IMG/VR virus record: IMGVR_UViG_2907208306_000002
Span: 63,741 to 127,740 of that record
DNA: 64,000 nt
DNA from: a virus
Lineage: Duplodnaviria > Caudoviricetes
Reading direction: 5' to 3' (one strand)
Below the pieces are notes generated by a model that was not told the DNA's origin, ran no database searches, and saw only the letters and a program-made list of their open reading frames with translations. Below, one piece after another: positions 49,284 through 58,911 of the stretch (position 1 is its first letter; the number at the start of each line of letters is the position of its first letter). A program made the translations under genes and the position numbers.

Positions 49284-50258
49284 TTGACTAAAATTTTTGA
49301 TGCTGCAAATTGGTCTAAACAAGACGATTCATTTACACAGGTTTTCTATAATCAAAATGTCAGACAATTTTGGCTACCAGAGGAGATTTCCCTAAACGGG
49401 GATCTCCTGGCTTGGAAGTCGATGAGTGGACTAGAAAAAGATACATATAAAAAAGCTTTAGCGGGTCTTACACTGTTGGATACAGAACAAGGCAATACTG
49501 GAATGCCAAAGATTTCTGAACACGTAGAAGGACATCAACGGAAAGCAGTTCTTAATTTTATGGCGATGATGGAGAACGCAGTGCATGCTAAATCCTATTC
49601 GAATATTTTCATGACACTTGCTCCAACAGAAGAGATTAACGAATTGTTTGAGTGGGTCAAAGATAATAAATACCTTCAAAAGAAAGCAGAAGTTATTGTT
49701 GGTCTTTATAAAAACATCAAGGATAACGATGAAATTGCACTTTATAAAGCAATGGTTGCATCTGTTTTCTTGGAAAGTTTCTTGTTCTACAGCGGATTTT
49801 ATTATCCTCTTCTCTGCTATGGTCAAGGCAAGATGATGCAAAGTGGAGAAATCATTAATTTAATTATCCGTGACGAAGCTATCCATGGGGTTTACATCGG
49901 TCTATTAGCACAAGAAATCTATAATAAACAAGATGAAAAAACAAAAAATGAACTTATCATCTTTACAACCAACCTGCTCGAAGACCTTTATGAAAACGAA
50001 CTTCGTTATACAGAAGTTGTTTACGACCAAATTAGCTTGGCACACGATGTGAAAAAGTTCGTTCGATACAATGCAAACAAAGCTTTGCAAAACCTGGGGT
50101 TCGATGTCTTCTTTCCAGAGGAAGAAGTAAATCCTGTTGTAATCAATGGATTAAATACAAAAGCAAAGTCACATGATTTCTTTAGCATGAAAGGCAGTTC
50201 ATATCAAAAAGCGAATGTCGAGAGCCTAAAAGATGAAGACTTTTACTTCAGTAACTAA
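49284..50258 (+). CDS. nrdF: Class Ib ribonucleotide reductase beta subunit
   Basis: [27 protein letters not shown]; RBS + TTG49284. Confidence 0.96.
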   Translation: MTKIFDAANWSKQDDSFTQVFYNQNVRQFWLPEEISLNGDLLAWKSMSGLEKDTYKKALAGLTLLDTEQGNTGMPKISEHVEGHQRKAVLNFMAMMENAVHAKSYSNIFMTLAPTEEINELFEWVKDNKYLQKKAEVIVGLYKNIKDNDEIALYKAMVASVFLESFLFYSGFYYPLLCYGQGKMMQSGEIINLIIRDEAIHGVYIGLLAQEIYNKQDEKTKNELIIFTTNLLEDLYENELRYTEVVYDQISLAHDVKKFVRYNANKALQNLGFDVFFPEEEVNPVVINGLNTKAKSHDFFSMKGSSYQKANVESLKDEDFYFSN

Positions 50259-50292
50259 AAAATAAATATAATAAGGGAGTAAACAAATACAT

Positions 50293-51078
50293 ATGGAACA
50301 ACCATTTCAACCGAAACTAAATAAACCATGTTTCATCAAAGGAATTAATAAAAAAGGTATTGTGAAAGACTCAGAGTTTGCAAAGGAACGTTTTTTGGTC
50401 ACTTATTTCTCGCGTGATACAGATAAGAGAATCACAACCTGGTTCGATATTACTCAACTTGAAGAGTATAAGCCGAAAACTAAACGATTAGGAGGGATTG
50501 TTGATACTAATAAAATCAATATTCCTACTCCTGACATGGTTTTAACGAATGAACAGATTGAATCATTCTCTAAAATTTTTGAAACTAACACAAGTAATAT
50601 CTCAACAAGAATCTCGAATTGCATGAAAGAGGTTGGTCGTAAACTGAATTCACTTCAAATCAAAGTAAAATACTTTGCAGACATCGAACCTCTAAATAAA
50701 ATCAGTAAGGGAGACTGGATCGATCTGCGTTCCGCAGTAGATATCGAATTAAAAAAAGGCGAATATGCACTAATTCCATTGGGTGTTGGCATGAAGCTGC
50801 CTGAAGGATATGAAGCAAACCCGGTACCAAGAAGCAGCACATTCAAAAATTTCGGTATTATCCAGACAAATCACTTTGGAGTAATTGACAACTCTTATTC
50901 GGGGAATGAAGATCAGTGGCATTTCCCTGCGCTTGCTATGCGAGATACTGTAATTAAGAAGAACGATAGAATTTGTCAATTTCGTATTCAAGAATTGATG
51001 CCGGAAGTTGAATTTATTACTGTTGATAAACTTGATGATGTTTCAAGAGGCGGTTTTGGAAGCACAGGAAAGAATTAA
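50293..51078 (+). CDS. dut: Trimeric dUTPase with long N-terminal extension
   Basis: [28 protein letters not shown]. Confidence 0.92.
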   Translation: MEQPFQPKLNKPCFIKGINKKGIVKDSEFAKERFLVTYFSRDTDKRITTWFDITQLEEYKPKTKRLGGIVDTNKINIPTPDMVLTNEQIESFSKIFETNTSNISTRISNCMKEVGRKLNSLQIKVKYFADIEPLNKISKGDWIDLRSAVDIELKKGEYALIPLGVGMKLPEGYEANPVPRSSTFKNFGIIQTNHFGVIDNSYSGNEDQWHFPALAMRDTVIKKNDRICQFRIQELMPEVEFITVDKLDDVSRGGFGSTGKN

Positions 51079-51080
51079 AA

Positions 51081-51653
51081 ATGGATATAATCAATGATAA
51101 ACTTATTTTAACTGACTCACAAAAAAGAATCGTGGAAGCATATAATAGAGGATATCGAGTAACTCCCGAAGGAGTGTTTTTAAATCGGCATGGTGTAGCT
51201 TTGTCTATAGAGCTTAAAAGTAAACAAAGATACCCGTCTCGTCAAATTTCTATTAATGGAAAGAAAAAGAATTATTATATACATCGCCTGGCAGCATATT
51301 GTTTTTATGGCGATGAAGTGTTTAAAGAATACATACAAGTAAGACATCTTAATGGTAATGTCCTGGACATATCCAAAAGTAATTTAGCGCTAGGAACTTG
51401 CTCTGAGAATCATCATGATAAAAGTCCCGAAGTCAGAAAATGTTCAGCAACTAAAGCATCGCATTCAAGAAAGAATGTAACAATGAGAACATTGAGAAAA
51501 TTAACAGACGAACAGGCTTTAAATGTAAAGATGTTACTTCATCAAGGAGTAGACTGCGTGACAATCTCAAAAATGTATAAAGTTAGCGATGAGACGATTC
51601 GTCAAATTAAGAATGGATTAACTTATAAAGAAATTAAACTAAAGGAGATTTAA
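51081..51653 (+). CDS. HNH homing endonuclease with C-terminal HTH
   Basis: IHRL, VRHLNGN...NL...SEN, KLTDEQ. Confidence 0.8.
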   Translation: MDIINDKLILTDSQKRIVEAYNRGYRVTPEGVFLNRHGVALSIELKSKQRYPSRQISINGKKKNYYIHRLAAYCFYGDEVFKEYIQVRHLNGNVLDISKSNLALGTCSENHHDKSPEVRKCSATKASHSRKNVTMRTLRKLTDEQALNVKMLLHQGVDCVTISKMYKVSDETIRQIKNGLTYKEIKLKEI

Positions 51654-51662
51654 ACATAATAT

Positions 51663-52355
51663 ATGAATAATAAAATTGAAGTATTGAATTGTGGGTACGT
51701 AAGACTGCTAGACTCTTTTGGAGACGACCTGATGGTTGTTAATAACGCTAGAGCATCTTATGATAAAGAAGTGTCAGAGCTTAGTGAGAAAGATATTCGA
51801 CTCATCAAATTTTTAGCTCGTGAAGGACATATGTCTCCTTTTAGAACACCACGCTTACAATTTGAAGTGTATGCCCCTTTGTTTGTGGCTCGTCAGTGGT
51901 GGCGCTACACAGTTGATAGTTCACATATTGAAGATGGTACAACTTGGTCGGAATCGAGTAGACGATACATTACTGAAAATACAGAATTTTACCTGCCAGA
52001 TAAAAACGAGTGGAGAAGTAAACCACTAAACAGTAAACAGGGGTCTGGAGATATTCTTCCGGAGGAAATCGGTCATATTCTTACAGAAAAATTAGCCCAA
52101 CTTTACGATGAAGGCGAAAAGCTTTATCAAGTAGCAATGGATATGGGAGCCGCACCAGAGCAGGCCCGATTATTCCTACCTGCTTATGGATTGATGGTAC
52201 GCTGGAGATATTCTGCATCACTACAATCTATTTGCCATTTTCTTTCTCAACGCCTAGAACACGATGCTCAGAAGGAAATCCAAGACTATGCGAAAGCTGT
52301 GCTTGAGCTAACCAAAGAAAAATTCCCAGTAAGTATTAAAGAATTAATAAAATAA
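51663..52355 (+). CDS. thyX: Flavin-dependent thymidylate synthase
   Basis: HMSPF, ARQWW, ESSRRY, EQARLFLP, AQKEI. Confidence 0.92.
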   Translation: MNNKIEVLNCGYVRLLDSFGDDLMVVNNARASYDKEVSELSEKDIRLIKFLAREGHMSPFRTPRLQFEVYAPLFVARQWWRYTVDSSHIEDGTTWSESSRRYITENTEFYLPDKNEWRSKPLNSKQGSGDILPEEIGHILTEKLAQLYDEGEKLYQVAMDMGAAPEQARLFLPAYGLMVRWRYSASLQSICHFLSQRLEHDAQKEIQDYAKAVLELTKEKFPVSIKELIK

Positions 52356-52387
52356 CTATATACATAATCAAAAAATCGTGGTATATT

Positions 52388-52417
52388 AAGTACAGGAAAT
52401 CAATCCTGTACTTTTTT
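52388..52417 (+). terminator. Intrinsic terminator
   Basis: AAGTACAGGA-aatcaa-TCCTGTACTT-TTTT. Confidence 0.75.
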
Positions 52418-52452
52418 CTTTGATAACTAAATAAGGGGAGTGATAGTTAAGA

Positions 52453-52959
52453 GTGTACATGCTTCTGAATGTAGTACCAACATTGATTTTATTAGTGATC
52501 ATCAAGTACCGGCATAAACTCTTCGAACAAGAGTGGGATGTTCTTAAGCAGCGCAAAACATGGGAATCCATCTTTTATTCATTCTGCATTTCATTTATGG
52601 GATACAGTTTACTTACCAGCATCTCATTCTACATGTTAGATCCACCAACGGTACATAAAACTCAGACACCAATTATGATTATATACTCGGTATTATTCAG
52701 TCCGATATTTGAGGAGTTGATATGTAGAAAGTTCTTACTGAACAAACTAAGTAAATATATAAATAATAATTTATCGATATTGGTCAGTTCTTGTGTATTT
52801 GCAACTCTTCATTTCGACGTTACAAGTTTTCTTGGATACACCTTCTTGGGAATTGTATGGAGCTTTTACTACAAAAAAACTAACAGCATCTTCGTACCAA
52901 TTATAAGCCATTTTTTATTCAATTATTTCGTAATTCTAATTCAATCTGTAAAGGGATGA
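52453..52959 (+). CDS. CPBP/CAAX (Abi) intramembrane protease
   Basis: PIFEELICR, FATLH, HFLFN. Confidence 0.85.
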   Translation: MYMLLNVVPTLILLVIIKYRHKLFEQEWDVLKQRKTWESIFYSFCISFMGYSLLTSISFYMLDPPTVHKTQTPIMIIYSVLFSPIFEELICRKFLLNKLSKYINNNLSILVSSCVFATLHFDVTSFLGYTFLGIVWSFYYKKTNSIFVPIISHFLFNYFVILIQSVKG

Positions 52960-53201
52960 TACATATTAAAGTTAACGATTTGATCAAACATATTGTTTCA
53001 ATTTGCTGTGACGGAGAAGTGATCAAAGCAACGAATTTTGTAATGGGTGAAACTTATACATATGAGGGTAAGAAGTACGAATTAAATGAAGATTTCTATA
53101 ATGAACTCGTTAAGTACCAGGAGTATTCGAGCAAACCTTTTAAAGTGGTTCGGTTAGGAAATAGCAAGGTTGTAAACGTAACTGGGAAAAGAGTGCTCTA
53201 A
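52956..53201 (+). CDS. Hypothetical protein
   Basis: ATGA overlap. Confidence 0.6.
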   Translation: MIHIKVNDLIKHIVSICCDGEVIKATNFVMGETYTYEGKKYELNEDFYNELVKYQEYSSKPFKVVRLGNSKVVNVTGKRVL

Positions 53202-53368
53202 ATGAAGGTTTTTAAAGATCTAATACATATGTTGTTTTGGAGTCGGATGTTTGAGGAAGTTAGAGAAGGACATAAAGAGATTTGCTACAACCTTGGAAAA
53301 TCTGATGCAATAAAACAAATGAATAATCAATTTTATATTGAGTTCTCTAATAGCAAAGGAGAGATTAG

Positions 53369-53656
53369 ATGAAGGTAAAATCAAAGGTTATTGAGCAATA
53401 TAAGGAACTGTGCCCTTTTAGTTACGCTAAGTGTGAATCAATCACAGATGTTGAATATAAAATCAAACGTGCTGTACAACTTGGTACACACATAGCAACT
53501 TTTGAGGGTGAGAAGTACATTCAATACTACTATAACTGCTTCGTGGTTAAAGGAAATAAAGTAATACATATGTTTAAGAACATGGATAAATACATAGATA
53601 TTCGAGAATCGGTTAAAACAGCATACGACAGGCTAGAAGGAAAGATATTAGTATGA
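53369..53656 (+). CDS. Hypothetical protein
   Basis: RBS. Confidence 0.7.
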   Translation: MKVKSKVIEQYKELCPFSYAKCESITDVEYKIKRAVQLGTHIATFEGEKYIQYYYNCFVVKGNKVIHMFKNMDKYIDIRESVKTAYDRLEGKILV

Positions 53657-54054
53657 ATAAAGAAGGAGGAATGAATCTCATGTGTAAGGCCATTGAATAT
53701 GGAACTTTTTTAACTGATACATTTAGCAAAATGAAAGAGGATTATGACAAAATAAAAAGCAAAATTTCTGAGTATGACAAAAAAGTTAATGGCATTTATC
53801 ACGAAATCGAAACCAGCAACTTGAATGCTTCTGAAGGTTATAAGAAGTATAAAGAGCTCCGCCAAACACTTAGGATGAGAAGAGTTCTAAAGCAGGAGTT
53901 CTATACCTTAGAGAAACTCATGTATAAGACATTTGATGTCGATAGAATTAGCAGTCAAATACATAAAACTCTTCAGAGTGCGAAGGCATCTGAAGTTGGC
54001 AATCAACAGTATCGAAATGGTTGGGATATCGATGTAGACGTTATTATTGGCTAA
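53653..54054 (+). CDS. Coiled-coil hypothetical protein
   Basis: Tiling; start may be a downstream ATG. Confidence 0.7.
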   Translation: MNKEGGMNLMCKAIEYGTFLTDTFSKMKEDYDKIKSKISEYDKKVNGIYHEIETSNLNASEGYKKYKELRQTLRMRRVLKQEFYTLEKLMYKTFDVDRISSQIHKTLQSAKASEVGNQQYRNGWDIDVDVIIG

Positions 54055-54148
54055 TCCATTGAGTTGATGAAAGCCGTCTTTTATCAGGATTTTAGGCTAG
54101 AAAACAAGAGAATAAGTGAGCAAAAGAGAGAAAATAGGAGAAAGTTAA

Positions 54149-54457
54149 ATGAAGGAAATTAAATATTTGCAACATCCTCAAAATGGTGAATGGTATAAGG
54201 CAATTGGCAACAATCCAGATGGGACACTAATTCTTGAACCGGCCGCAGAAACCGAAGTCCATTTAATGAAAGAAAAAGAAAAATGGGCAGCATGGAATCG
54301 TAACATTAATGAATTTAAAGTTGGGGATATCGTTTGGGACGGAGATCGTATTGTTCAAATTACCAACCCTCCATTAGATGAATTTATCTCTCGATGTAAG
54401 ATGATTTGTCCAGTCGAGTGGAGAGTTGATGAACTCAAGGAGGCAACCCATGGATAA
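54149..54457 (+). CDS. Hypothetical protein
   Basis: RBS. Confidence 0.7.
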   Translation: MKEIKYLQHPQNGEWYKAIGNNPDGTLILEPAAETEVHLMKEKEKWAAWNRNINEFKVGDIVWDGDRIVQITNPPLDEFISRCKMICPVEWRVDELKEATHG

Positions 54458-54782
54458 ACAAACTGAGCGCCTGATAAGCGCTGATGGAATATTGTCATGG
54501 ATTAATGGAGTCCTTATAGAAACGGACAGTGAACCGATTAGATATATGTTTTCCTGCTTAAAGGAGAGATTGGAGAACGGAGCCTTCGACCAAGATCCCA
54601 TCCCCTTACCCACCTTAAAACCTTGGGATAAGGTACGGCATAAGCAATACCGAACTTCCGGAATCATTAATGGAATAGATGAAAAGGGCATCGCTGCATA
54701 TGTAAGTTGGGAAACCGGACAACAATCGTGGTATCCATTGAATCATTTGGAACTGGCGGAGGCGAGAGAAGATGTCAAATAA
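54450..54782 (+). CDS. Hypothetical protein
   Basis: RBS AAGGAGG + ATG54450. Confidence 0.65.
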   Translation: MDKQTERLISADGILSWINGVLIETDSEPIRYMFSCLKERLENGAFDQDPIPLPTLKPWDKVRHKQYRTSGIINGIDEKGIAAYVSWETGQQSWYPLNHLELAEAREDVK

Positions 54783-55038
54783 ACCAATCAAGCCATCATT
54801 TGAAGAAATCAAAATCAAACTGGAACCTGATCAATGTTTCTTTTATCAACGTGAGTCTGACGGAGACATTGTTCTGGTGGATGAAATAGAAATATTCGCT
54901 TATGCCAAGCAGATTACATTGATTGGAACACATTTTTCAGTCGATTATGAAGATAAAACAATCAACAAGGCATCGGATCGGAGCTTCATGAACTTTGAAA
55001 CCAACCTATTGGGCGAATATTCGGAAGGTGAGGGTTAA
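54772..55038 (+). CDS. Hypothetical protein
   Basis: RBS GGAGG. Confidence 0.65.
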   Translation: MSNKPIKPSFEEIKIKLEPDQCFFYQRESDGDIVLVDEIEIFAYAKQITLIGTHFSVDYEDKTINKASDRSFMNFETNLLGEYSEGEG

Positions 55039-55040
55039 AG

Positions 55041-55250
55041 ATGTCAGATAATCGGGACTGGCAAGCAGATATGGAACGGAAAATAGGAGAACTCGTTCAA
55101 GTAAAAGGAGATAACATGCGTTACGATTGGACAATTCGTCTCAAAAAGTGGCATGAGGAAACAGGACAAAGTATTTACTTTATAACCCGGCCTGGATATG
55201 AGGGATGGTTTAGCAACGCAGCTCTAATGGATAAGGAGGCTGAAGCATGA
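55041..55250 (+). CDS. Hypothetical protein
   Basis: Tiling. Confidence 0.6.
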   Translation: MSDNRDWQADMERKIGELVQVKGDNMRYDWTIRLKKWHEETGQSIYFITRPGYEGWFSNAALMDKEAEA

Positions 55251-55474
55251 CACCTAATTACTATATGATGTGGATTGAACTTGAAGAAGAAATCAGACGC
55301 TTAGAAGAAATAGGCCATACAGATATAGATTTAGGAGACCTGCAACGAATCATGCATGAACTATATCTAGACAATAGGGATTGAATATAAGGAGAATGAG
55401 GCACGATCAACTAGATCGTGGAACTTAAAAGATTAAATAAAAGTATAGTTTTATCAAAATAAAGGAGGAGCAAA

Positions 55475-55762
55475 ATGAAGTTATTCAGAGTGAAAAACAA
55501 ATTTTCTGGTTATGGTTTGGTAACTTATGTTGTATATGCCAAAGACGAATCAGAAGCAATAAACTTGGCGGGTGAAAAGTTAAGAGAGTATGCGCTTAAA
55601 ACTAACTATAATGTTAATGAAGCAGCATATGCTCAGGTCGGAATAAAAGTTAATAATATCTTTGAATTAATTGATACAGAAGACTACCATACATATTTTA
55701 GTGCAAAATGTTTGTCGGAGGATATTGAGGAAGAACAGATTGTTGAGATGCATTATTTCTAA
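55475..55762 (+). CDS. Hypothetical protein
   Basis: RBS AAGGAGG after palindrome. Confidence 0.7.
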   Translation: MKLFRVKNKFSGYGLVTYVVYAKDESEAINLAGEKLREYALKTNYNVNEAAYAQVGIKVNNIFELIDTEDYHTYFSAKCLSEDIEEEQIVEMHYF

Positions 55763-56143
55763 TACATATTTAGAGGAGCGATTAAATAATTGAATATTGT
55801 TTTCTTTTGGATTTGGTTTGTATTTATGATCGTTCAACTCGTATATGTTGGCATTTATAAAACACTGAAATGGAAGCCATTGAAATGGAATCAATTAGGC
55901 TGGTTTTCCTTAGGATTACTCGATGCCTATCTCACTGGTTTGCTACTAAATTGGAGGTAATATGAAGAAAATTCTAAAGAACTTATGGAATGTTCACAGA
56001 GAACAATATCCCACTGACAAAGAAGAATGGATTGTCTTTATCTCTATCTATGTAATTATGCTGCTAATTTGTTTAATGGGATACTCGGCTACTTACCTAT
56101 AACCAAATAAAAACCATATTTTATAGTGAAAGGAGTGTAATAC

Positions 56144-56386
56144 ATGTTTATCGGTTTCCCTTTAAGTGGAGCGTTATGGGGATTTGTAATTATGGTGGCC
56201 AGTATTATATTTTGGAACCTACAAACATTTGTTTTTTCTCTGTTATTGATGATCATATGCTTAATTACAACGTACAGACTGTATGAATATTCACAATGGA
56301 AAGGAATGCAGCATGATAAACAATTTAAAGGATTACATAACTCTGATTTGCAGTTTGATGATAATGATTCCACTATTAAAAGATAA
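56144..56386 (+). CDS. Small membrane protein
   Basis: RBS; two TM segments. Confidence 0.65.
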   Translation: MFIGFPLSGALWGFVIMVASIIFWNLQTFVFSLLLMIICLITTYRLYEYSQWKGMQHDKQFKGLHNSDLQFDDNDSTIKR

Positions 56387-56421
56387 AATACATAGCTGGC
56401 TGAAAAAGAGGAGAGAGTATT

Positions 56422-56754
56422 TTGAAAAATGAAATTGTTCAATACTTTGTAGTAAACAAAGAACTCAATATGTCACCAGGTAAAATAGCGGCACAAGTAG
56501 CGCATGTAGCAACTAACATTACCCACAATGATAACGAAACAAGATTGTGGAGTGAATGGTATGCAAATGACCAACCGAAAATCATCCTTCGAGGAAAAGA
56601 AAGGGATTTACTTAAACTCATCGAGCAGGGATGGTATTACATACGAGATAATGGAAGGACAGAGATTCCAGAGAATTCTTTGACAGTCGTAGGTTGTGCT
56701 CCAAATTATAAGTCTGAGCTTCATAAGCAGGTAAAAAGGTTTCAGCTTCTTTAG
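56422..56754 (+). CDS. Peptidyl-tRNA hydrolase, Pth2 family
   Basis: MSPGKIAAQVAH, KIIL, DNGRTEI, TVVG. Confidence 0.85.
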   Translation: MKNEIVQYFVVNKELNMSPGKIAAQVAHVATNITHNDNETRLWSEWYANDQPKIILRGKERDLLKLIEQGWYYIRDNGRTEIPENSLTVVGCAPNYKSELHKQVKRFQLL

Positions 56755-56788
56755 TAATAGAGGTGTTGAACAATGCATTTTAAGAGGA

Positions 56789-57019
56789 GTGATTATTATT
56801 TATCTTAGTGAAGCCATCAAAAAAAGACAGCAACTACTAGAAAAAGCTCAAGCAATGGAAAAATGGGCATTAGATCAGGAGCATGGAACTAAGCAGTTAG
56901 TTTGGTTCGAGATGAAAAAAGCAATTAATCAAGTCATCGAAGATACATATGAGGAATGGCAGAGGTACAACGAAGCCGTTGAAAAGGATATTAATCAACT
57001 GCAAATAGAAATCAGATGA
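56789..57019 (+). CDS. Hypothetical protein
   Basis: RBS; start uncertain. Confidence 0.6.
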   Translation: MIIIYLSEAIKKRQQLLEKAQAMEKWALDQEHGTKQLVWFEMKKAINQVIEDTYEEWQRYNEAVEKDINQLQIEIR

Positions 57020-57037
57020 AACATAAACTTGTAGGAA

Positions 57038-57529
57038 GTGATAAAAATGCTTGTACTGGGTAAGACCGAATTGATGCAACTTCTAACCGATCAATTGACA
57101 ATCATGCTCAGACGAAAACCGAAGAGTGTTGACTTGCATGTTGATTGGACTTATATCGACTACGATAAGAAAAATAGAGAGTACTATTTTGATACAAAGA
57201 AGAAAGATTGGAAATATATAATTAAACTTCATGATGGATATACATATAGATATCTCGATACGGTTTGTGTTAGACAATTGATTAGGCATGAGTATTTGGA
57301 CGCTAAGGACATACATATCGATATTCGTATTAAAGACAATTTTGATTTATTGAACACCAAGACAATTGAAGAGGTTGTTAAATTAATGGATATTACGGCA
57401 AATATAGAACTTGATAATGAAGTATTATTAAGCAAAGAGGAAATTAAAAACCTAATTGATCTTTCTCTGGACATGGGGAACAAAGAAATGTTTATGGAGT
57501 ATACGGCACAATACAATAGTTATATATAA
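57038..57529 (+). CDS. IDEAL-domain protein
   Basis: C-terminal LIDLSLDMGNKEMF. Confidence 0.65.
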   Translation: MIKMLVLGKTELMQLLTDQLTIMLRRKPKSVDLHVDWTYIDYDKKNREYYFDTKKKDWKYIIKLHDGYTYRYLDTVCVRQLIRHEYLDAKDIHIDIRIKDNFDLLNTKTIEEVVKLMDITANIELDNEVLLSKEEIKNLIDLSLDMGNKEMFMEYTAQYNSYI

Positions 57530-57643
57530 AATAAAAATACATATACTATTACTTTATAATGTGATATAATCTCTAATATAAGATGTAGCACAAAAGGGAA
57601 CAGGGCGCCACGCTGTGTCTCTCTTTATATTGGGAGGTTAATC

Positions 57644-58591
57644 ATGAGTTCAGAATTATGTGTGTTTGATCTTGGATTCAGTTGGTCTAAAGGTAAGAAG
57701 AAGAATAAACTATATCTGCAGCCTTCTATTTATGGTGAAGGAAAGCCGATCTTTGAAGGAAGTATTAAGCAAGATGATTTTATCTTCAACGAAGATCTGT
57801 TTGTGGGCAAACTAGCTTTAAGACATAGTGACATCAAATATTTCTCACTTAATGACAATAAAACCGAAGCAATGACATCCGATGTTCTTATGAAGACCGG
57901 ATTAGGATATCTAAATGGTAACAATCCATTTAACCTGGTTACTGGTTTGCCTGTTAAATTCTACTTCTCACAGAAAGACCATATGAAAGATATGATCGAG
58001 AGACTTGGGACATCAGAGAAATATGAAGTTAAAAAGGGAAATGGAAAGCCTCACATCATTAAGCTAAATATAGATAAATACAAAATTGTACCACAGGGAT
58101 ATGGTATTGCAATGGACTTTCTTCTTACCTCAGATGGTAGAATTAAAAATAGTGGAATAGCTAAGAAAAAGATACTCGTTATTGACCTTGGTTTCTATAC
58201 ATTAAATCTTCTTGGTTTAGACAAGATGGAAATTATGAAGGAGTCAACTAGCATTATATTAGGTGTTGAAAAGGCATATAGACTCCTTCAGACATATCTC
58301 CAAAAAGTAGTGGGCAAGTCTCCATCAATTTATGAAATGGATGCCTGCGTTATAGAGGGAAAGTATGAGGGGTATGATATCAGACCATTAATTCAAAAAG
58401 CCTTTAAACCTTTATCAAAACAGATTCAAAATGAAGTCGAAAGCCTGAATATTAATTTTGATTATCATCTGATTGGAGGAGGTGCAGCCCATAATGTATT
58501 TGAACAAATTAACCTACCCAACAAAATTCTCTTTGATCAACTAGCACAAATAAGAGGCTATGAAAATGTAGGTGTTCGGTTATGGAAATGA
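57644..58591 (+). CDS. ParM/StbA-family actin-like ATPase
   Basis: FDLGFSWSK, VTGLP, VPQG, IDLGFYT, IGGGA. Confidence 0.88.
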   Translation: MSSELCVFDLGFSWSKGKKKNKLYLQPSIYGEGKPIFEGSIKQDDFIFNEDLFVGKLALRHSDIKYFSLNDNKTEAMTSDVLMKTGLGYLNGNNPFNLVTGLPVKFYFSQKDHMKDMIERLGTSEKYEVKKGNGKPHIIKLNIDKYKIVPQGYGIAMDFLLTSDGRIKNSGIAKKKILVIDLGFYTLNLLGLDKMEIMKESTSIILGVEKAYRLLQTYLQKVVGKSPSIYEMDACVIEGKYEGYDIRPLIQKAFKPLSKQIQNEVESLNINFDYHLIGGGAAHNVFEQINLPNKILFDQLAQIRGYENVGVRLWK

Positions 58592-58863
58592 AAATCTTGA
58601 GAGCACGATTACGAAAACATAAAGACAAAGATCTGCAAGAAGCAATGAGCAAAATACCTATATATTATGATCAAAGCGATATTATAAGAGAAGCCTTAAG
58701 ACAGTTTTTATTTGGTCATCAAGGAAGAGAACCGCAATTACTTGGTAGTGAAATCATGAAGGATATTGGTAAAGTAGAAGAGGAAGAATTAGTTGAATTA
58801 GAAGAAATTGAGGTAACTGATGAAGATTTAGAGGCGAAGTTAGATGAGTTTATTTTAAAGTAG
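58588..58863 (+). CDS. Ribbon-helix-helix adaptor (ParR-like)
   Basis: ILRARLR...SDIIREALRQF; acidic tail; ATGA overlap. Confidence 0.7.
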   Translation: MKILRARLRKHKDKDLQEAMSKIPIYYDQSDIIREALRQFLFGHQGREPQLLGSEIMKDIGKVEEEELVELEEIEVTDEDLEAKLDEFILK

Positions 58864-58880
58864 GCATTTGCCTACTTTAA
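58855..58880. terminator. Hairpin/terminator after parR-like gene
   Basis: TTAAAGTAGGCA-tt-TGCCTACTTTAA. Confidence 0.6.
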
Positions 58881-58911
58881 TACATAAATATAACTATATA
58901 AGGAGGTTAAA

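Larger units (their letters stand above)
6764..56783. repeat. Dispersed 18-bp palindrome ATRAAA-N6-TTTBAT, more than 30 copies at gene junctions
   Basis: Copies read by eye, e.g. 9175, 18017, 30416, 30640, 42130, 55437, 56107 (perfect arms); see findings. Confidence 0.85.

Noticed and set aside
46015-50258. Group I introns in nrdE/nrdF as in SPbeta
   Set aside because: Both reading frames are continuous and of normal length apart from the intein
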